A DNA stretch of 64,000 nt. Origin: an uncultured virus (IMG/VR IMGVR_UViG_3300037520_001345) (Duplodnaviria > Heunggongvirae > Uroviricota > Caudoviricetes). The notes beneath the pieces are model-generated. The model saw nothing but the letters and a program-made list of their open reading frames with translations, made no database searches and had not been told where the DNA came from. Each line of letters begins with the position of its first letter. The stretch's first letter is position 1. The position numbers and the translations under genes were made by a program. Positions 49,379 through 61,300 of this stretch are shown one piece after another. The DNA lies in the IMG/VR virus record IMGVR_UViG_3300037520_001345. One strand, given 5' to 3'.

Positions 49379-52300
49379 TTATGAAGAAGACCCTTCGCTA
49401 GTTCTACTACGAGCATCAAAAGCTGATTGAATAGCATTCTGAATGATACCACCAATTGGTCCTGACAGAAGATTTTGCAAGACATTTGCTCCATTAATTG
49501 TAACATTTATAGGTTGATCCTGAGTTAATTTAACATTAATTACTGGTGGCAATGCTGTTTGTAGGCGTTCGATAAATTGGTCTAATTTAGTCCCAAGAGC
49601 ATTTATAGCAGCAATAGGGTTGTTGTTTGTATTATTAGATACACCACTAACACGATTGTCCGTATTACCGCCAGATAGATTTTCTCTTATGCCGTTAAGC
49701 GTTGTTGACAAACCAGTCAATGAGGCATTAATACTTTCGGCCCCTAGTTGCAGAACGGAACTAAGTTGAGCGATATTCTGTTGTAATACATCTGTACCTG
49801 GAGTACCATCAGCCAAATATTTGACTCTTCCTCCACCAGAATAATATCCATTATTTATTCCTTGTAATAAGCCTAAATGTTTTTGTGCTGCATTTCGGTT
49901 AACAACAAACTCACCAGGAGTTAGCATTGCTGGTACAGTATCTGATCCTTGTGGTTGATAGTTAACCAACATGCCATTACTAGCATAAACAACTCCTCCC
50001 TTGTTCATCATGGCTGCTGGAGGAACAAATTGTTGACCTCGTGTTGGATCTTGATTTTTAAATTCTGGGAAAGTATTACCAATTTTTTGCCAAACTTGAT
50101 CCATGATAGAGGCTTCTTGTGAAGCAGTTTGGAATTGGGTGTCTAGGATCGTGCCTAGGGTAATATTACCTCTTTGTGGTATTTTATAGTTTTTATCTTT
50201 ATCTTTAAGTTGTGTTAAAGCCCCCTTTGTATTTTGTATTATAGTTTTTAGATAATTAAAGCGATTAGTCTGTTGAACATATCTACCCTTAGCTGTATTA
50301 TATCTTTGTGCTGGGTCTGCAATTTTTTGGAATTCTTGAATATAATTTTGAGCAATAGTGTCAGCTGATAAATCCTCTTTTATAGCGTCGTTATTAAGTT
50401 CTTCAAATAAATTAGGATTAGTATTAATTTGATTTACTATGAACATAGCTAATCTACTCAATCCTGCTTGATTTAAACCTCTTTGATCCTTATAGGCCTG
50501 TCTTCTGTCTGCTTGTTGTTTCTTATAATTAGCTTCTCGTTCAGCTAATATTTCTTTGTAACTCATACCTACTGGTCCGCCTCCCGGTCTATAGATAGGA
50601 TTAACTATCCCTCCATCTGATAAATGATTTGTTATATCTTGTCCTTTATTAATAGCTTGTAATAATCCTAGGTTCTGTTGAGTTGCTTCTCTGTTAATAA
50701 CAAATTCACCCGGAGTTAACATGGCGGGAACAGTATCGGTACCACGAGGCTGATAATTGACTAGTGTTCCTTGACTAGCATAAATTAAACCTCCATTTGC
50801 TCTATTTTGTACTGGTGGTTTATTGGCTAGTTGAGCTAATAATTCTCGGGGAAAAATCTCTGTTCCAGCTTCTGCAAAAATTCTCAATGCCGCCTCATCT
50901 ACAGACTCTAGACTATGCATACTTAATTTACCACTAAATAATGATAATGATCTTGCTGTTCCCAATGACATATTCTGCATCTCTTGTAGATGTATATCAC
51001 CAAGAGTTGATCTTCCTATACCATCAGCCAGAGATTGATTAATATCAGTTCCATAAATAAATAATGATATAATATCTCTATAACTAGACATTAGATCTAT
51101 TAACTGACCATTAAATTTATCTGCTCCAAATGATACCGCACCTATGGGCAAATTCTGATCTACACAAAAATCTAATAAATCTTTTAATGCAGAATCCTCT
51201 ATTTTAGAAAGACCATTAAGATCTAATGCTCCCGTTCGGGCAATAATATTTTCTAAATCATCTTTTTGCTCAGGATTTCTCTGTATAATGGTCTTAATTT
51301 TAGCTAAATTAGAGGATACATAAGGATTAGTAAAATTACCAGATGATAATTCACTAAAAATACTACTAGCTGATGTTTGTTCCATATCTTCTAATTTTAA
51401 TTTATCTTGACCAAATTGTTGTCCAAATTTGTCTGGATCTAATTGACTATAATACTCTTTTATCATTGGTGTTAAATCAATGCCTGTAAGGAAACGACCC
51501 CCAATAGTTGGAGACGACAGATCTGTGGATGAACCACCTCCGGAATCTTCAAGAGCATTATCAACAAAATATTTGACTAATGACATAGGGGGTTCTGTTA
51601 AACCCTTTGCAGAAATACGACTAGCCATGTGTTCTTTGAACAGGTTAGCGGAAGATTGGTCCAGAGAGTTTAGTGAATCAAAATTAAAATCAGTTATCCA
51701 AGCTAAACGATTAGCGCTTAATTGTTTAAATATTTCTTGAGCTACTGTTGGTGGTAAATTCTTAAGATTACCTAGATTTAGTGAACTATTATTCTCTAGT
51801 GAGGTAATAAAATCTTTATTCTTAAATAATGCTTTAACTTCATTAACAGTCAGAGCAGAAATTTTATCTACTCCATTTTTTACTCTAACTTCTGTGATGC
51901 CCTCTAATCTATCTACATCTTGATTTTGTCTAGCCTGTTTATTTTTTTCTATCTCTTGTTTTCTTTCTTGTTGTTTCTGCTGTGCTTTTGCTTTGGCTTG
52001 TGCTCTATTTTTTGCGGTAGCTGATGGTACGAACTGAGCATCTTCGAAATCAGCTACTCCTCCTGCTGCTAGATATACTGGTCCTCCATTACTATACCCA
52101 GTTGCTGTTCCACCACTATTAATAGATTTTAATAGAGGCAAATGTTTCTGAGTTGCTGCTCTATTAACCACAAACTCGCCGGGAGTTAACATGGCGGGTA
52201 CTGTGTCTGTACCACGAGGCTGGTAGTTTACTAATGTTCCTGTTGAAGCATAAATTATTCCACCTCTAGCTTTAGCTAATACGTCAATATTACTAGGCAT

Positions 52301-55300
52301 TAAATTGTCTGAACCAGTATATTTAATAGCCGATTCGGCTGGCATAGTTTCAAAAAATCCTTCTTTAAATTTTGCTAATAGCTTAGGATCTCTCTTGCCA
52401 ACAGCCGACATAATTCTAGACAGTATTTCTCCATCTCTAGTAGTGTAATCTGTTTGAGAACCATAGATCCATTTTCGTGGAGCTAAACCAGTAGCTCTTT
52501 GCTCAAGGAAATCAAGACCACCAATAGCTGTTGGAACACTAGTTCTTATACCTTTTTGTGCTTCTCTACCCATAGCTCCAGGATCCATCATTCTCTCTAG
52601 CAACATCGGATTTTTTTGATCAGATAATATCTTTTGTACATCATCAAAATGATCGTATAACCATTTGGTAACATATCCAGCATTCAGCTCATAGTCTAAA
52701 TCAAATCTTGATGGATCTAATGTTTCATCAAATTTAACAATCATGGGCTTGCCACGAGCATCTGCTCCTGTAAGCATATTTCCTTTAATAATGCTTCTTG
52801 CGTGTTTTTCAGCTGCTTCCCTACTAGTGTAGGTGTACAATCCTTGACCTTGCCCATACCCCTTTGCAATACTACTTTTACCACCTTCTTTTTGAAAACT
52901 TTTTAAAATAGAGTTTTCTAAACCAGTATTGCTAGCATGAAAAAGAGACATAGTTTTAGAAGCTTTTGGCACATCTAATGGAGCACTCATAGCTGGTCTA
53001 CTTCTTAAAGAGAATTCTTCCAAAGCTTCTTGACCAGCACTTTTCATATCTGGTCTTACAGAAGCATTATTATTAGGACGTAGAGAGGGTATTCTTACAG
53101 TATTTTTTATAGAAGAACCAAGTAAATTACGACCTATCCTATCGGCACCAAAACCACCAACCATTGATCCTAATAATGAGGACTGCCAGTGCTCCTCGGT
53201 GGTATCTTTCATCTGTCTATTTGTTTCTGGAGCCAAAGCATTCAAATAATTTTCTTGAGCTTGATATGTAGCCGCTGATGCTAAGCCAGCTAAAGCAAAT
53301 CCACCAAAACCTGTAGTGGGTAATCCTAAAACTCCAGCACCCAAACCAGCTAAACCTGGAAGTACGGACTTAGCAGCTCCGTATATAAAAGCTTTTCCTT
53401 CTTCGGCCAACTTTTCACTATCAAAATTAGTAATAGGTTGTTGGGGCAGTGTTGAAGTTGGACCCTTTCCATGACGATTCATCATGGGGTTTAATGGTCT
53501 TGATGGATCAAATCCTTCGGCAGCATAAATTACTCCGCCTCTTGAGAGTGATTGTGGAGTTGCTGCTGGTTGCTGACCTTGATCAAAAGGATTAGCTTTT
53601 GGCTGTTGTTCTTTGGCTAGAATTGATTTTGATGCTTCGCTAATTCTTGGAAATCTTTTAAGTCGTATTCCTAGTTGATTGTCAACACTAAATTGTCTTA
53701 GATAGTAATCAATTTTTGATTTATAATCTCTTTGTTTTTTAAGAGCTTCTATTATATCTTGTTTATCTGTAGTATCATTATAAAGAATGCCAAGTTTATC
53801 AATAAATTCTGCTTTTTCTTCTTTTTCTATCTGCCTTTGTAAATATGCTGTTCGTTTAGCTTTACGAGCATTAAAATTAGTATCAGCAGAACCGTCTGGT
53901 TTAGTTGGGATTGTGCCTCCGTCAGCAGCATAAACAATTCCACCATTAGTAAAACCTTTAATGCTACTAATAACTTGATTATTATTAATAGCTTGTAATA
54001 AAGGTAGGTTTGCCTGGGTTGATGCTCGGTTTACAACAAACTCTCCGGGAGTTAGCATAGCAGGAACAGTATCAGTTCCACGAGGAGAATAAGGAATCAT
54101 CATGCCATTATTAGCATAAATCATACCTCCTCTAGCTCTATGGACAAGACTGGGATCGTCTTTTAAGTCTCTTTCTGTTTGTTCATATACTCTTAGTCTT
54201 TGTGATAAATCTGGATAAGTTTTCTCTAAAGTTTTTTGTTTTACGGGACCAATACGACTTGGATTTCCTTTTATATCATTTACAGGATATCTTTCTATAA
54301 TCTTTTCAATAGCTGCTAGTTTTTCCGCAGCATCTTTATCTTCCGGTGATGCTGTTTTTTCTTTCCATTTTTCAACCTTTTCTTTCACTTCTGGTGTGGC
54401 TACACCTTTTCTAACATCATCACTCTCTTGTGCTGTAACTTGTTTTCCAGATACATCAGGTATAGATGCCTCGATCTCTTCTTCTGAAGCTTGTTTGCGG
54501 GTTGCTTGGTCTACATTTTTCTTATCCAGACTCGCATAGTATGCAAGTGCCGCTACGGCAACTGCTGCTGTAGCTGTTGTTTTATTAAATAAATATTTGC
54601 CTATGCCTGCTCCTTTACTTCCTTGAGCCGGATATGCTGTTTTATCTAATAATTGAATTAGATCATTTATGCCTTTGGAATCTGGATGACCTTGCCCCAA
54701 TATCCTCAGGTCTGTTATCGCTTTTTCGTATGCTTCTGTTGCTTTTGCTGAATTAGTTTTACCAGATAAAGCTGTTTGTAGAGTGTCTAAAATTTTAAGT
54801 CTTCTAGATGCAGGGTCAAGATTTGAATTAGCTTTAATCTTATTTATTAAATCAAATATATTACTTGCTCCTTCGTAATTAATTCCTTTATTAGCAGCTC
54901 TGGTTGCAAAAATACCAGCCATACCAGCAGTAGATGCTGTTGCCAAATTAGCCATCTTAGTAGCACCCGCCGCTTGTCCAACACCTTCTATTAAAGAAAG
55001 AGAACTTAGTCCCGCTGATGTTGTATCTCCTCTTAAAAGATCTATAGGAATACTAGCCAAATCAAAAATATTACCTATAGCTGGTATCAATCCTAGTCCA
55101 GCAAGAGTCATAGATATATCATCTAAGAATTCAGTATCATCCCATGTTCCATATTTGCCGTCAAAGCCAGAAATTCTTTTATAATTATCTAATTCTTCGT
55201 GTAATGAAGAGACTATTCCTGGTACTGTTAATCTATGACTAAATAATTCTTTTGCTAATACAGGATCTTGTAATCTAACTCTAGCAATAGCTTCATCAAA

Positions 55301-58300
55301 TTTAGTGGTTGTTTTGAACTTGTTTGTTGACATCATGTCAAAGACTGTAACTGGACGAACAGTATCTCGTAGATCTAGTATTAATTGGGGATATTTTTCC
55401 ATAGCTTCTGTGATTGTAGCTATTTTATTAGCTCTATTTTCTCTTCTTATTTTTGCTTCGTAACCAGCTTTCATTTCTTGATCACGCATCATTTGTTCAT
55501 CTGTACCTACTCCGACATTCTGGTCTATTTCTCCTCCAAATTGAGCATATACTACTCCTCCTCTGCTGTATGCTTTACCACTATTAATTTGTTGTAATAA
55601 CGGAAGATTACTTTGAGCTGCCTGTCTATTAATAACAAATTCGCCGGGCGTCAACATTGCTGGCACAGTATCTGTTCCTCTTGGCTGAAAATTAATCATA
55701 CCACCAGATTGTGCAGCAACAGAGTTGACAACACCTCCTGTTTGGAATCCTTGTACAACTCTACCACCAAACCAATTTTGATCAGGTAACTCTCCAAATG
55801 TTTTTGCCAAACCTAAAGTAGTGTGGGCAATATTAGCTTGTGATCTGAGAGGTAAATTAGCTGCTAAACTAGCTTGAAATGTATTAGATCTTGCAACATT
55901 ATCGGGATTACCTACTTTATCGAATAAAAAGTCTTGACCAACCCATCCAGGATTACCCCCATACCATTCTTTAAGTACATTAACTCTATCTACTAAATAT
56001 TTAAGAGTAAATTGATCAAAATAAGGCAATCCGTTCGATCCTTTGAAACTAGAAATATCATTAACGAACTTGTCCATTAGATCTTTTCTAGTATTAACAT
56101 CAGCAAATTCATTATATGGATTAAATAATAGTTTAATTAAACCCATAAGATCTGTTGGAATAGCATCTACCATCTGCTGTCTGCCTAAAGTACCATTTGG
56201 AGATACTGTTCTAACTAATCCATTCTGTATTTGTGCTCCTAATATATTTTGCCAATCTGGAGACAGTTGTAAACCAGAAAGTCTGGACATTAACATAGTT
56301 CCGCCAAGAGTTCTAAATAAACTCATGTAGTCAGAGCCTACCATATTAAATTGTGCTAATAATCCTGTATCTCCGGATGCTAATCCAGCAAAAGCTTTAG
56401 CTGCACCAGAAGCCACAGTATAGACCTCTTTAAGATATTGAAACTGATCAGGTCTTCTGATGCTGTTACTAATTGATGATAAATAACCTCCAAAGTTTTC
56501 CATTACATTAGCAGCATATCCTGAGATATTCTTAGCTTGTCCAGCATTAATTTTTTGTAAATTAGGAACTTTACCGATATAAGATGCTAACCATCCATTT
56601 CTAGTTCCTGGGACTCTTGCTCTTCCAAAAATTTGTAGAGCAGATTTTGACATTCTTCTTAAAGCTTCTGGTATATTTTGATCATCAACAGTAAGATTTT
56701 TAAATCCCTTATTGGCTATAGAATCAGCTTGATTACCAGCTCTGGCTCTTACTCTGTCTATTTGAGACAAAATATGCTCTCCCATTTCGATACCGAAAGG
56801 CTGATTAGATACTGGACTAACTAGGGTATCCAAACCAGGAAATACCATCTCTAAGCTTTTGATAAATGACGAATCTAATTGTCCTATCATAGCCTTTTGT
56901 AAATTAGTTTTAGCAGCACCGTCGGGTTTTGTAGGATCTGTTAATATACTATTAATATATTTTTGTACATCAGCGTTTGGTAATGCTACAGCATTTAAAG
57001 CCTTATTAATATCTGCTGGTGTATATTTAGCGCCAGGAAATAAACCTATTCTACGCTTATCTAGTATTGCGGGATTAATACCTTCAAATAGGGTTCCTCC
57101 TGTGTTTGATGGCAAGAATAGCTTAGTAGCTGCTGGTTCGAATTGTTTATTAATTGGATCATATAATTTGCCTTCCCATTCATCATATGCTATTTTTAAA
57201 TCCATATTTGGATTACCGCCAAGTAACTGTTGCAATCCCCATGCAGCAGGAACTGGTACTGCCAGATTTTCCTCTGGTAGTCTTGTCATCTTAATATCGC
57301 CAGGATTAGCAGCAGCAAGCTGTGCTTCTAGTTGTTGTCTTAATACAGGGTCTAGATCATCTAATTTACCATTAATAACATAGGGGAAAGCTTTAGATCG
57401 TTGACGAATAGCTCCCAGATCATCAAGCTCTTTGATACGGATGCCTTGTGGTGGACCTGGGTCAACGAAAGGAAGAGCATTTCCAGCAGCATCTGTTGCT
57501 TTTAGTCCAGCTCCACTAAACATCAAATCTCTATTTTTTGCTATAATAGGATTTGCTGCCAATTCTTCTATAGTTTTGTTGAGTGCCGGTACAGCTCCAG
57601 GATTAAAAATAGCCAAACTATTAGCTGTTCCAGTAATTCTTAGCTGATCGAAATATCTACTAATAACATCTGCTCCAGGAAAAATTTCTCCTACTGATCC
57701 ATTATATAATTTAGATAATTGATTTTGAATTTCTAGTGTTTTTGCATCTACTTTTCCCTTATCGTCAAATGCTGGAGCTCTTAAAAAATTAGCAGTATTT
57801 TCATATTTCTGGTATGATTCGTCGTTAGAGTCTTTTAGTGCTCCCAACTTATCAAAAGCAATAACGTCTTTTTCCCAATTTGACATAACCAAAGAGGTAC
57901 CAGCCTCTCTTTTTTGTTCGAAATCAGTAGAAGCATACGGTGTTCCCATAGCAAAGTTAGGGAAATTAGTGGATACAACGTCAGTTTCTCCTCCTCTTTT
58001 TGGTTTCCAAATTTTATACATATTTTTTCTTTCATCAGATAATGCCGGGCCTGCTCCAGCCTGTCTTTCTTTTGCAATACCTAATGACTTACCTTTTACT
58101 ATTGTTGTAGCAAATTTATCTCCATCTCCAGTAAAATCTGATGGAAAAGGCATAGATCCGAAATTATTAAGATCTAGATTATATTTAGCTAATGACCAAT
58201 CAATATTATTATCTTTTGCTTTTTTCTTATATTTTTCTAGCTCTAGTTCATTTAGCTTAATAGTACTCAAACTGTCTGAGCCATCAGTATGAAAAAAGCT

Positions 58301-61300
58301 CTTTTCATCTTTAATACCAGCAAATCTAGAAAGAGCTGCTTCAGCACGATCCCATATTTGGTAATCTACTTTTGTTGCTCCTTCTTCATCTGTATATTTC
58401 ATTAATATTGGTCCCATACCCGGTACTACTCTGGTACCGGCATCTGGCTCTAGATCCTTAAGGTCTAGAGTTAATGTATTATCATCTGCTTTTGGAGTTT
58501 GTTTAGGGCTATTCAAAAACGTGTATACTGTAGGAGCTTGATATAAAGCAGACTTTGCTTTTGTTAAACCTGCTATTGCAGCAGGTGTATTTAGATCAAT
58601 AATTTCTGTAGTACTTTGTCTAGCTGATTTAGTAAAGATAGTTTCATCACCAAGATCATGTACGAAACCTCCTTTATCATAATATCTAACTTTTCCTCCT
58701 TTACTATATTTATTACTATTTATAGATTCTAATAGTCCTCTATTTCTACTAGTAGCTTGTCTATTAACAACAAATTCTCCGGGAGTCAACATGGCGGGAA
58801 CAGTGTCTGTTCCTTTGGCACTAAAATCAACCATTTGTCCTGCTGCTGCATAGATAATACCTCCTGAAGCTTTGCCTTGAGGCTGCAAAGGAGCTAGTCT
58901 ATTAATACCAGCAGCTATATCTGCTAAATGGGCATTAACGAAAGTTAATTGTGTTTTAGATAAAGCTAAACTAAGTGCTTTTGCAGATCTGTCTGCAATA
59001 TCTTGTGCAAGTGTTCCTTCTAAGTTTGCTAAGTATCTGTTAGCTTGTGCTTGTAATGCATTAGCTTCGTTATAATAAGCTAGTGCTGCGGAAACAGCCG
59101 GATCAACTTCTGGATTACGCAAACTATTTAAAACGTCCATAAACATTGGAGTTATGCCGATACCAGACTCTTGCAACATACTTTCTAATACATTTGCTCT
59201 AACATTAGATCCTTGTTTACTGTCTCCCAAGAAAGGCAATAAGTCTTGTAGTACTCCTAAAGTATCTTTTCTTTCATTGGCAAATGCTGCTTGTGCAGAT
59301 TTCATAGCTTCAAAAACATTGGCTCCATTGTTTAAAGCTTCACGATAAGCTTTTTGCGCTCCTATACTATTATTAATAGTATTAATTTGACCATTCATAT
59401 TCCGTTGTAGTCTAACAAATGACATATTAAGACCACTTAATTCTTCTGGAGTAGATGTTACAAGTTTTTCTATAAATGAAACCTTGCCCCCTATTCTTTG
59501 TTGAGCGTCTTGCATTTTTTGCATAGCATCTGATGCAAACTCAGTACTTTCCGCTAAGAGTTTTAAGCCACTAATATTTTCTCTTAAAGCGATACTTGTA
59601 TCTTTCACGTTGTTACTAAGTCTAGCAAAATCAGGAACTCCAGCTGGACCTCTTTCTGCTACTTGTGCTCGTGAACTTTCTTGTCTTCTTCTTAGAGCAT
59701 CTAAATCCAAAATAGAATTAAAAATTTCTCTAGGATCAACAGAACCTCCAGTAAAACTCTTAGTTTTATTTTGTAATCTTTGTCTGGACTGATCTAAATC
59801 AATAGTTTTTCCTAGTACTTTTGCTAATTCTACATTAGCATTAACTAAGATATCGTCAGCTCTACGCAATTTATCTCTACGAGATATTTCCAGGTCAATA
59901 GTTTTATTAATATTGTTTCTATAAGAATCTAATGCAGCTCCAAAACTTTCTAAAGCTTTACTAACTATTCCCTGAACATTCTGTGCGGTATCTAAAACTT
60001 TACTTAATGAAGCTACTTTATCTTGAATTTCAGAAAAAGACACCTTGTCTTCTCCAGATTTTCTTAATTCTCCTACTGCTCTACCAACTTGTTCTGCTAT
60101 TTTTTCTGATAACTCAGGTGGCAATCCTAGATCTTTTAGAGCTTGTCTAAGATTAGCATCAATTTTCATGGAGATAACTTCGTCATTTGCTTCAGGATTT
60201 TGTGCCAATACTGAATTTACAGTTTTCATTACTGTAGATTCTGCTGTTTCTCCAACAGACAATAGAGATTGAACTATATTAGATGAAGGTCCAAAAAAAC
60301 CACCTGCTGTTGCACGAGCTTGTGATCCTTGAAAATCGTTATATGATCTTGGATTATTTAATACATTAGACAATCCTAATTCTGTTGACTGTAAGGAAGC
60401 TTGTCCGTTTAAAGCTGCTATATTACCATCTATGCTTTGTTGCATTTGTTGCAAAGAGAACGATGTTGCTGCTATTGCCTGTTCCATGTTTCTAAACATA
60501 CGAATTAAAGATCCTGTATATACAGCAGTAAATCTTTGTACGGATTTAGCTTCTTTGTCTCTGATGGTAATCAATACCTGCTGTCTTGTTTTTTCTTGAG
60601 CAGCTGCGTCTATTATGCGTTTTTTTTCTTTCTCTATGACAGCTCCGTCTAATCCGCTATTTTCTAGTTCAAGGATCCTCTGACGAATAACCGCGTCTGC
60701 ATTAGCTAAAGACTCAGCAAAACTCTTGAAATTAGGATCATTAACAATATCTTGAAAAGATTCTCCTTTATAAGCTCTCTCTTTGAAGCTTTCAAGTAAA
60801 GAATCTGACAAAGCTTTACCAAGAGCCGCTTGTTCTTGTGCAAGTTGTGGTATAATTTTTTTATATTCATCAGCTAGTGATCTTTCGTCGCTGCGAGAAG
60901 CATAATAAGCTTTTTTACCACCAAGTCTCTCAATCTCAGATCTTTTATCAAATCCTTCAGTATCTCCTGTGCCAAAATATGGCATAGAGGTATATATGTA
61001 GTCTAATAGATTAGTAAAAGTAATAGTGGATTGTTTACTTACTCTGTCTAGAGCTGAAGCGAAAGCTTTCGAAGCAGATTCTAGAGCACTGTTTAGTCTA
61101 TCAAATCCTATATTATTTGCAGCTTTTCTTAATCTCTCAAATTCTTGCTCAACTCCCTTCATACTAAATTCAAGCTTTTGTTTCTGTAGATCAATATCAA
61201 ATTGATTCATTGCGTTAACAACATCTTTAATGGTCGAGACAATCGTAAAAGCAGCTGCTCCAAGAGCAGTTAATCGAGCTGCAACTCTTGTTAATCCCGA

